The notes under the pieces are model-generated. The model did not search any database, was not told the DNA's origin, and worked only from the letters and a program-made list of their open reading frames with translations. Made by a program: the position numbers and the translations under genes. A stretch of 64,000 nucleotides of DNA, from positions 684,580 to 748,579 of the forward strand of contig OZ220467.1 of assembly GCA_965116075.1 (NCBI GenBank), read 5' to 3'. This document shows, piece after piece, positions 20,518 through 28,453 of the stretch (its first letter is position 1; every line of letters starts with the position of its first letter). This stretch comes from Thermodesulfobacteriota bacterium (lineage in GTDB: Bacteria > Desulfobacterota_D > UBA1144 > Nemesobacterales > Nemesobacteraceae).

Positions 20518-21265
20518 ACTCTTTGTATCGCCTTAACTATAACTCCGCATCATACCACAGATTACAACTACAAACTTACACGCTAAAAACTCGCCAATTA
20601 AACTATAAAATATAACACACAAAAAAGCCGAGGCATTTGCGCTGTCCAAAATGTGGATGCATATCAAAGGCTTTTAGAAGCCCCCAAAATACCCAAAAAA
20701 AGTCCTAAAATCGGCTAATGTAAGCCAAACCCCACAAATTCACTCCTCACTAAAATCGGTTGATATAACCTCTGTAAAAATTCCCCAAAAATAGAAATAA
20801 CTTGATAATCTCACTTGTTTTTAATGTCACTATAAAAGCGTCTTCATAGGTTGAAATTATAATTTGCTAGCAGAATCTTCTCTTCTCCTATAAGAGTGAG
20901 TGAATGTTGTTTTTGGTCATCCTCAAGGAAAAAGCCCCCACCCCAAAATCGTTGTAGCGTAATTATCTCAAGTTAACAACAAATTTATCATCTACAAAAG
21001 AAGTAAACCCGTAGCGGTTCCACAATCATCAAAGGGAATCAGCATCAAGCATCACTACATCGCAAATGCCTTTTTCTTTTTTTAGCTTTGCTCCTTTAGT
21101 TGATTTGTTATTCTTTGCGGTACGCTTTTTAGTTGGTAAAGTCCTTGAGAGTAAATTTTCAAGAATTGCGCGCAGGGCTGAGTTTGGAAAAAAGTCTAAT
21201 CAATGTCAGATGCGAAAAATGACTTTACAATTTTTTTTGTATCTGAGGGTGCCGGAGAATAAAAG

Positions 21266-22102
21266 ATGGATGACGCTGAGAGAGCAGAGGTATTTTATCA
21301 GAGAAAGAAACTCGGACAGAATTTCCTGAGAGACAAAAACGTTCTCCGCAAAATCTGCGATGTGGCGCAACTGCGTGAACAAGACGCAGTAATTGAGATT
21401 GGACCGGGAAAAGGGTCCCTAACCGAACATATCGCAAACCGCGCGGCAACGGTTATTGGAATTGAAAAAGACGACAGGCTTTGGTCTTTTCTTGATCAAA
21501 AATTCAAAGATTCCAAAAATATATCAATTCTCTATCAAGACGTTCTTCAGACCCGTTTTGAGCGATTTTTTTCTGGGGATAGAATAAAACTGGTTTCAAA
21601 CCTTCCCTATAACATTTCCACCCCTGTGTTGCTAAAGATATTTGAAGAGAGAAGACTTTTTTCAAAAATAGTAGTGATGTTACAAAAGGAAGTGGCGCAG
21701 AGAATATCTTCCCCTAGTGGAAGCAAAACCTATGGATCGCTATCTGTAGTTCTGCAGAGTTGCTTTGCGGTGAAATTGCGCTTTGAGGTTTCTCGTCATC
21801 TGTTCTTTCCTACCCCCAAAGTGGATTCAGCAGTAGTGACTCTTGATCCTCTGCCAGAGGATTTGCTTACTTCTACATGTGAAGAGACTTTCAGAACTGT
21901 CGTAAGGCAGGCGTTTTCATCACGTAGAAAGACATTGAGAAATTCACTCGGTAGTTTTTTCACAAAGGATGTGGCCCAACGCGCGCTTGCAGACTCGGAG
22001 ATAGACTATGGTAGGAGAGCAGAGTCTCTTTCAGTAGAAGAATTTGTGAGACTTTCACAGAGCTTTTGCCAGATAATCAATACACAAGCTCCCGTAAAAT
22101 AA
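21266..22102 (+). CDS. rsmA: 16S rRNA (adenine1518/1519-N6)-dimethyltransferase
   Basis: LGQNFLRDKNVLRKI...EIGPGKGSLT...SNLPYNISTP are the canonical KsgA/RsmA motifs. Confidence 0.9.
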   Translation: MDDAERAEVFYQRKKLGQNFLRDKNVLRKICDVAQLREQDAVIEIGPGKGSLTEHIANRAATVIGIEKDDRLWSFLDQKFKDSKNISILYQDVLQTRFERFFSGDRIKLVSNLPYNISTPVLLKIFEERRLFSKIVVMLQKEVAQRISSPSGSKTYGSLSVVLQSCFAVKLRFEVSRHLFFPTPKVDSAVVTLDPLPEDLLTSTCEETFRTVVRQAFSSRRKTLRNSLGSFFTKDVAQRALADSEIDYGRRAESLSVEEFVRLSQSFCQIINTQAPVK

Positions 22103-23468
22103 TTTCTTGAAGTTTTCTTGTCGTATTGGATGAGCCACCGTTTGCTATGATGGAAAATATATAGACTTGGCCATTTCTACCGTATGCATATCCAGAAAGA
22201 GCTCTGACTCCATCCAGATAACCAGTTTTGGCGAATACTTGGTTTTTAAGCGTACGAAATCTTTTTTTCAATGTTCCATCCACCCCAGCGATGGGAAGAG
22301 ATGATATGAATTCAGAGGAGAGATCCCGATTTTTGTAAATATTGGCAAGTACTAGGGTGAGACCTTCAGCGGATACTTTGTTCAGATTTGAGAGTCCAGA
22401 GCCGTCCACCACCGAAGTATCTTCATTAATCCCGATTCTTCTCAAGTAGTTCTTTATTACATAAGATCCGTTCTCCCACGTGCCTGGAGTGCCCATAAAC
22501 TCTGCGGCAAGAGTCTTTATTATACTGTCGCCGATTATGTTTATGCTTTCCTTATTGTACTCTTTGAGAACAGTCTCCAATGGCTTGGAATAATGGGTGA
22601 ATATCAAACCTGCCCACTTGGGAACTTTTTCTCTTTTTATCTCTCCTTTAATTTTTATCCCGTTTTTTGCAAAAACGCTTTTCATCATAGATCCAAAATA
22701 AAGTAACGGGTCTGGCACTGAAATCTCCAGAGTCTCTGACCTTCTCTTAGGGTGAACAAATCCTGAAAGTCGAATGTGGTTTTCAGCATCGAATTTTGCG
22801 GATACTCCTGATTTTTTAGTGGATGTAGAGACCATATTGCTTATCCGAAAAGGAAACGGGGATGGGTCGGTTGTTATCTGTGCGGGGAGTCCTTGTACGG
22901 CTGATGCGGAAACTTTTAGTTTGACCGTATTGTAGTTAAAAGATACTGCGGTTATAGGAGGACAATAAGATTTTCCTATCCAATCCTTTTCCCATCCCGG
23001 TCCGTAATAGTTATTGTCAAAATAGGAAGCGTCAATTGAGATGCCGCCGTTTATCTCATTTATTCCAAGCGCTTTTATCTCTCTTGCGATTTTATTTATC
23101 GCTTTAAGATCAACTGTGGGGTCTCCGTATCCTTTGACGTAAAGACTTCCGTATCCCGCGCCTGAGTGTATGCCGCCGCCGAGGTAGAATTCAGTTTTAA
23201 AACGAAAATCTTTTCCCAAAAGCGTAAGCGCCGCCAAAGATGACAATATCTTGTTATTGGATGCTGGAATAAACATCTTTTGACTGTTGTAGCGGAAAAG
23301 AGATTTACCGGTGTTGGCAGATCGGACCATGATGCCGACCTGTTGTTTTTTGGGCATGTTATTTGAGATAAACAAAAGGATTTTCCTCTCGTTTATCTCT
23401 GCTTGGGAAATGGCGGGAGAGAGGGCGAGCAATGCTACCGCAAGGCGCAGAATCAGATTTTTTCTCAT
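22077..23468 (-). CDS. dacB: D-alanyl-D-alanine carboxypeptidase/endopeptidase (PBP4 family, peptidase S13) with signal peptide
   Basis: Signal peptide MRKNLILRLAVALLALSPAISQA, with SNNK and DGSGLS motifs. The gene overlaps rsmA convergently by 26 nt. Confidence 0.85.
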   Translation of the reverse strand: MRKNLILRLAVALLALSPAISQAEINERKILLFISNNMPKKQQVGIMVRSANTGKSLFRYNSQKMFIPASNNKILSSLAALTLLGKDFRFKTEFYLGGGIHSGAGYGSLYVKGYGDPTVDLKAINKIAREIKALGINEINGGISIDASYFDNNYYGPGWEKDWIGKSYCPPITAVSFNYNTVKLKVSASAVQGLPAQITTDPSPFPFRISNMVSTSTKKSGVSAKFDAENHIRLSGFVHPKRRSETLEISVPDPLLYFGSMMKSVFAKNGIKIKGEIKREKVPKWAGLIFTHYSKPLETVLKEYNKESINIIGDSIIKTLAAEFMGTPGTWENGSYVIKNYLRRIGINEDTSVVDGSGLSNLNKVSAEGLTLVLANIYKNRDLSSEFISSLPIAGVDGTLKKRFRTLKNQVFAKTGYLDGVRALSGYAYGRNGQVYIFSIIANGGSSNTTRKLQEIILRELVY

Positions 23469-23487
23469 AAGAGTTGGTTGTTTTTCG

Positions 23488-26184
23488 TTAATGGACGTCA
23501 GCCCAGTTTTGTCCCTCTCTGATCTCCACCCTAAAAGGCACTGCGAGGTCCCATGCGTTTTCCATTTCCTCTTTTACGCAGACCCGAAGTCGCTCAAGTT
23601 CATCTTCGTAAACTTCAAAGAGAAGTTCATCATGCACTTGTAAAATCATCTTGGAAGAAAATCCTTGCTTTTCGAATCTTCTGAATATGCGTACCATACC
23701 GAGATTTATTATATCTGCAGCAGACCCTTGTATAGGGGTGTTTATAGCTTCTCTCTCCCCTCTTGATCTCTCGATTTTATTTTTTGAGAATAGCTCCGGT
23801 ATAGGCCTTCTTCTCCCTACTAGAGTTTCTGCGTATTTCTTAGTCCTCGCGCTTTCAATAGATGAGCGCATATATTCTTTGACTTTCGAATATTTTTCAA
23901 AGTACCTGTCTATATAGTTTTTTGCTTCGGAAACAGGCATTCCAAGTTGTTTTGAGAGCCGGAAGGGGCTTATGCCATAGATTATGCCGAAGTTTATCGT
24001 CTTGGCATGGTTTCTCAACTCAGAGGTGATTTCGGCTTCACCTGCGTTAAAGATTTCACATGCGGTGGTGAGATGAACGTCTTTTCCGCTTCGCAAGGAC
24101 TGTAGTAAAGTTGGGTCTCCGGAGAAATGAGCAAGTAGTCGGATCTCTATTTGAGAGTAGTCGGCTGAGAGTATTAGACATTCGTTTTTCGCTGCGAACG
24201 CCCTTCTTATTCTTTTCCCTTCTGAGGTTTTTATGGGGATGTTTTGAAGGTTTGGGTCGCTTGAACTCAGTCTCCCGGTTAAAGTGCCTGCGGGGTTAAA
24301 CGATGTATGGATTCTTTTTGTTTTAGGGTTAACGAGTTTGGGAAGTTGATCAACGTATGTGGATTTAAGTTTGGAGAGAAGTCTGTGTTTGAGTAGCAGG
24401 TTGGGCACTTCATGCATAGTTGAGAGATTTTGAAGAACTTCTGAGTCTGTTGAGAAAGCCCCTTTTGCGGTTTTTCTCCCGGCGGGAAGCCCGAGTTTTT
24501 TAAACAGTATTTCCGCAAGTTGCTTTGTTGAGTTTATGTTGAATCGCTGCTCGGTCTTTTCATATATTCGAGTCTCTATAGAGTTTAAGTCCCGTTCAAA
24601 CTCTTCTGACATTTGTTCAAGAATCATGTTGTCCACGGCTACGCCGGTGAACTCCATATCGCAGAGCACGCAAAGAAACTCAAGAACATTTTTTTCGTAG
24701 AACTCAAAAAGATTTTCCTTTGAAAGAGTCTGTAGAAGTTCCTTTGAGAGCGCTAGCGCGACATTGGATTTTTCGCAGGAATAGTTTTTCGCGGTTTTGA
24801 TGTCAACTTCCGCATAGTTTTTTTTATGCTTTCCTTTTCCGGTGATTTCCTCGTGGGGAATCAACCTTCGACCTAGAATCGTTCTTGAGAGTTCGCCAAG
24901 TTTGTAATTATTGCGAGAAGAGTCAAGAAGATGCCCCGCCAACATGGTGTCAAAATAAGCGCCTTTGAGCGTAACGTCATGATTGCGAAGCGCAAGCATT
25001 TCGTATTTTATGTTATGGCCGATTTTTTTAATGTCTTTAGATTCAAGTATTGGTTTGAGCGTCAATAGCGCTTCCTCAAGCTTCATCTGCCCAAATACGG
25101 GAATGTTTCCAACATGATGTCCCACCGGGACGTAAAAAGCTCTCTCCAAAGAAAAGCAAAGAGAAAAACCCGCTATCTTTGCGTTCATCGGGAGTTCCGA
25201 GTCGGTCTCAATCTTTATTGACAGCTCTTTTGCCTTTTCGGCGCCCGCTATCACTTCTTCGAGTTTGTCCCTGCTAGAAACAATCTCATAGCGGTCGTAT
25301 TGCGCTTCTTCACCCTGTTTGTTCGTGTTCTCGTCACTCAGTTCTTTGAGCAGATTGTTGAACTCAAGTTCTTTGAATATTTGCGCAAGACGTTTCGTTT
25401 CGCTGTCTTCATATTTGAAGTTTGTGATTTCTGTTGGCACAGGCACATCGGTTTTTATAGCGACCAGTTCCCGGCTCATGTATGCGACTTCTTTGTGGGC
25501 GCTGAGTCTTTTTGCTACAGAACCCCTTATTTTGTCAAGATTATCATATACGCCATCAAGGTTCTCGTAGTCAGAAATAAGTTTCGCCGCTGTTTTCACC
25601 CCTACGCCCAAAACTCCCGGCACGTTGTCTGACTTATCTCCCACAAGCGCGAACAAATCAACCATCTGCTCTGGAGATACCCCGTATTTTTGTTGTACTT
25701 GCTGAGGGTCGGTCTTTGTGTTTTTCATTGTGTCAAGAAGAGTTATGCGTTTAGATACCAATTGGCAAAAGTCTTTATCTCCTGTGACGAGCACAACTTC
25801 CGTTTCTCCCTTTGCGTTGGCCGTGGCGATGGTTCCCATGATGTCATCAGCTTCGTATCCTTCAATGCTAAACATAGGGATTGAAAACGCCTCCACCAGT
25901 TCGAATATCTTGGGAAACTGAATCTTGAGACTCTCTGGAGCCTCATCCCTGTTGGCCTTGTATTCAGGGTATATATTGTTTCTAAAGACCTTCCCTTTAG
26001 GATCAAACACCATAGCTAAGTAACGTGGTCTGTTTTCCTTTAGGAATTTAAGCAACATTGTCACAAACCCGTAGGTGGCGTTTGTTGGAAATCCCTTGGA
26101 GGTGGAAAGATCCGCCTTTATTCCGTAATACGCCCTGAATACGTAAGAACTTCCGTCGATCAGATAAAGCGTATTGTCGGGCAT
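23488..26184 (-). CDS. polA: DNA polymerase I
   Basis: 898 aa with an N-terminal 5'-3' exonuclease (LIDGSSYVFRAYYG), a 3'-5' exonuclease domain and polymerase motifs DYSQIEIRLLAH and QVHDELLFE. Confidence 0.95.
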   Translation of the reverse strand: MPDNTLYLIDGSSYVFRAYYGIKADLSTSKGFPTNATYGFVTMLLKFLKENRPRYLAMVFDPKGKVFRNNIYPEYKANRDEAPESLKIQFPKIFELVEAFSIPMFSIEGYEADDIMGTIATANAKGETEVVLVTGDKDFCQLVSKRITLLDTMKNTKTDPQQVQQKYGVSPEQMVDLFALVGDKSDNVPGVLGVGVKTAAKLISDYENLDGVYDNLDKIRGSVAKRLSAHKEVAYMSRELVAIKTDVPVPTEITNFKYEDSETKRLAQIFKELEFNNLLKELSDENTNKQGEEAQYDRYEIVSSRDKLEEVIAGAEKAKELSIKIETDSELPMNAKIAGFSLCFSLERAFYVPVGHHVGNIPVFGQMKLEEALLTLKPILESKDIKKIGHNIKYEMLALRNHDVTLKGAYFDTMLAGHLLDSSRNNYKLGELSRTILGRRLIPHEEITGKGKHKKNYAEVDIKTAKNYSCEKSNVALALSKELLQTLSKENLFEFYEKNVLEFLCVLCDMEFTGVAVDNMILEQMSEEFERDLNSIETRIYEKTEQRFNINSTKQLAEILFKKLGLPAGRKTAKGAFSTDSEVLQNLSTMHEVPNLLLKHRLLSKLKSTYVDQLPKLVNPKTKRIHTSFNPAGTLTGRLSSSDPNLQNIPIKTSEGKRIRRAFAAKNECLILSADYSQIEIRLLAHFSGDPTLLQSLRSGKDVHLTTACEIFNAGEAEITSELRNHAKTINFGIIYGISPFRLSKQLGMPVSEAKNYIDRYFEKYSKVKEYMRSSIESARTKKYAETLVGRRRPIPELFSKNKIERSRGEREAINTPIQGSAADIINLGMVRIFRRFEKQGFSSKMILQVHDELLFEVYEDELERLRVCVKEEMENAWDLAVPFRVEIREGQNWADVH

Positions 26185-26272
26185 GCGAAGAAGGTTGTCT
26201 CTTAGGCGTTTGATAGAACTTCTATATGAGAACTATAACTGAAAAGAGATGTCGTGCGTGAGATGTCTGTCT

Positions 26273-26923
26273 TTATTTTTCCGCGCAGTAAACAAATGCG
26301 GGAGGAAAATTGGACCATACGGTTTTTGATTTCCCTACTTTTGCGAATCTGCTCTGCATCATTGAGCGGAACCTGCGCGCGCCAGGGGTCATCATGCTGA
26401 TTGAATAGGCATATGTTATCATTCTGCCTCCTGGTCTAAGCGCGTCTAATATAATTTCAAGCAGATTTTTCTGGGTTTTCCGGTCAAATATCGTCCATGG
26501 AAGACTAGAGATTACGCAATCGCAAGAGTCCTTGCCATGCCGCAGCAGATATTTTTTTAAGTTTTCCGCGGAATCCAGATAGACGGTGACTGAAGGACAA
26601 CGGAATCTTGTAGCTTGGCAGAACTCAGAGTTTATCTCTATTGCGAAGAACGTAGACCCAGGTTTTCTCTTTTCTACGATCTTCTCGGTAAAAATTCCAG
26701 TTCCCGGACCCAACTCCACCACCGTCTCCGTTTCTTCTAGGCGGGCAGTTTTGGCGACAAGTTGCGCGAGTTCTTCGTTGGAAGGAACTATGGAACCCGT
26801 GCTTTTTGGACTTTTGACAAACTGTTTTATGTAGCCATATGCGCCCAGTTTCAATTTTATCTCCGCAAAATCGCGCGTTGAAAGATGATTGCAATTATCA
26901 ATGGGTTGCGCGGCTTTGTCCAC
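26273..26923 (-). CDS. class I SAM-dependent methyltransferase (small rRNA-adenine-MTase-like fold)
   Basis: VVELGPGTGIFT is the glycine-rich SAM motif I; 216 aa. Confidence 0.6.
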   Translation of the reverse strand: MDKAAQPIDNCNHLSTRDFAEIKLKLGAYGYIKQFVKSPKSTGSIVPSNEELAQLVAKTARLEETETVVELGPGTGIFTEKIVEKRKPGSTFFAIEINSEFCQATRFRCPSVTVYLDSAENLKKYLLRHGKDSCDCVISSLPWTIFDRKTQKNLLEIILDALRPGGRMITYAYSISMMTPGARRFRSMMQSRFAKVGKSKTVWSNFPPAFVYCAEK

Positions 26924-27102
26924 TTAAGATACCTGCTCTGTCCAAAATACGCATATAAATCAACTTTGGATTGGTCTCTGAAAACCAACTCTTTTTCCTA
27001 GCCAGAATCAGTTGGAGAGAGTACTCGCCTGTTGGGACCTAGACGCTTCAAAATATTAAGAACCGTTCTTAAATCTATATTTTTTGCCGGCATATATTTA
27101 CC

Positions 27103-27627
27103 TTAGAGAAGTTCTGAAAGCTTAAAGATAGAGAAGAACTTGTACCCCTTTTCCTTAAAGGTCTTTTCCGTATCTTTTCCTCTGTCAATGACGCAAAGAA
27201 CGCGATCAACCTCTGCGCCCTCTGCTTCCGCTTGCTCAATAGCCGTTAATACGGACCCTCCAGTGTTAATCACATCCTCAACCATAACAACCTTACAACC
27301 ATCTATCGGTTCGCCTTCTACGGCTTTTTTAGTTCCGTGCTCTTTTTTTTCTTTTCTCACTATGAATCCGCGAAGTGGAGAGTCTTCAGCGTTCTCTGAA
27401 TTATAACTTCTAAGAACAGTCGCCCCTACGATGGAACACGCTCCTACGGACAAAACGCAACCCACCGCTTTTATTTCCTTATCACTCGCAATCTCATCAA
27501 GGAATATTTTTGATATTAGGTTTATTCCTTTTGGAGATAGCGCGGTAATTCTAACATCAACATAAAAATCACTTGACTCCCGCGAAGCCAAAGTGAAATT
27601 TCCGCGCAGAACAGACTTGCTCCTCAA
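27103..27627 (-). CDS. pyrE: Orotate phosphoribosyltransferase
   Basis: The PRPP-binding motif VVMVEDVINTGGS is present. The N-terminus GNFTLASRESSDFYVD matches PyrE (GEFTLKSGRKSPYFFN). TTG is the only canonical start codon in frame. Confidence 0.85.
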   Translation of the reverse strand: MRSKSVLRGNFTLASRESSDFYVDVRITALSPKGINLISKIFLDEIASDKEIKAVGCVLSVGACSIVGATVLRSYNSENAEDSPLRGFIVRKEKKEHGTKKAVEGEPIDGCKVVMVEDVINTGGSVLTAIEQAEAEGAEVDRVLCVIDRGKDTEKTFKEKGYKFFSIFKLSELL

Positions 27628-27872
27628 GATTCCCCTTAACTCTTCTCTATCTCTATTGATTGGGCTAAATCTCCTAGATAACGCGACTGGAGATCCTGAG
27701 AAAAACGATTAGACTCAGGCAACAAAAGCGTATTACTGAACTGAACTATAACAAAATAAAGTTTTTGGTCAAAAAAGTAAGGACTTCTTAGCGATTCGGA
27801 GTAGTCTTCATGGAAATCACGAAAAACCCTACCAAACGCACATGCGCGTTCTCAATAGCGTAAACTTCTATT

Positions 27873-27902
27873 TTGACAGAAATCATTAAAGTGTGGTAAA
27901 CT
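27873..27902 (+). promoter_or_regulatory. candidate sigma70 promoter of the giant gene (TTGACA - 18 nt - TGgTAAACT extended -10)
   Basis: ttgaca at 27873-27878 and tg.taaact at 27894-27902. The predicted +1 falls at ~27909, the A of an ATG, which would give a leaderless transcript. Confidence 0.4.
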
Positions 27903-27908
27903 GACAAA

Positions 27909-27983
27909 ATGACTCCTGTTACTCTACCTGCTGCTGCCCCCCCCCCCCCCTTAAAAATTCAGATGCGGGGCCGAAGCGCGTGA
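27909..27983 (+). promoter_or_regulatory. 24-codon uORF (MTPVTLPAAAPPPPLKIQMRGRSA*) containing the poly-C tract; its TGA overlaps the GTG start of the giant gene (GTGA)
   Basis: ATG 27909 is in frame 3 and the stop falls at 27981-27983. Adding one C to the tract would put this ATG in frame with the signal-peptide ORF. Confidence 0.35.
27937..27950 (+). repeat. homopolymeric C14 tract 30 nt upstream of the giant-gene start
   Basis: ctgctg-cccccccccccccc-ttaaaa. It lies exactly at the GC-content boundary. Confidence 0.9.
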
Positions 27984-28453
27984 GAGACCTGCGCGGGACG
28001 CTTCGCTTGGCGGCGCTGGCCGCCGTTCTCCTGTTCGCGCTGAGCGCGGGCCTTGCGCCCCAGGCTGCGCATGCCACGTGGGGGGTCTTGACGGCCACCC
28101 CGGGCGATGGGCAGGTTACGCTGACCTGGACTTGGACGCACTCAAGACCTAACTTCAGCCACTGGTTTTTCAGGTATGTAAGAGCTGGCCAACCTTATCC
28201 CGGGTATGACTGTTTGCCTAGATTTAATATCTGCTCCATTGACGACCCAAAGTACAGACTGACAGGGGCTCATCATCGCACCCAGACGATTACCGGACTC
28301 ACCAATGGGGTCGAGTACGTGTTTGAGGTACGCGCCCATGTTCCTAATACGGTTTTGGAGGTGAGGGCGACCCCGTCGCGCTATCCCATTGCCCCGAAGG
28401 GCGTACGCGACGCCGGGAACCAGCCAGGTCACCTTGTCCTGGGACGCTCATAA
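27980..28453 (+). CDS. giant secreted repeat protein, N-terminal segment (signal peptide plus first FN3-like domain), frame 2; separated from the main frame by a +/-1 frameshift
   Basis: MRDLRGTLRLAALAAVLLFALSAGLAPQAAHA-TWG... has the n-, h- and AHA-cleavage regions of a Sec signal peptide. It is followed by an FN3-like fold (TITGLTNGVEYVFEVRA). The frame ends at TAA 28451, while frame 3 opens at 28365. Confidence 0.7.
   Translation: MRDLRGTLRLAALAAVLLFALSAGLAPQAAHATWGVLTATPGDGQVTLTWTWTHSRPNFSHWFFRYVRAGQPYPGYDCLPRFNICSIDDPKYRLTGAHHRTQTITGLTNGVEYVFEVRAHVPNTVLEVRATPSRYPIAPKGVRDAGNQPGHLVLGRS

Noticed and set aside
21066-21329. ORF 21066-21329 (+), 87 aa
   Set aside because: Low-complexity FFSFAPLVDLLFF product overlapping the rsmA start in an AT-rich intergenic region; likely spurious.
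27963-27983. ATG at 27963 as the start of the giant gene
   Set aside because: It is in frame 3 and hits TGA at 27981 after six codons. It is part of the uORF, not the signal-peptide frame.
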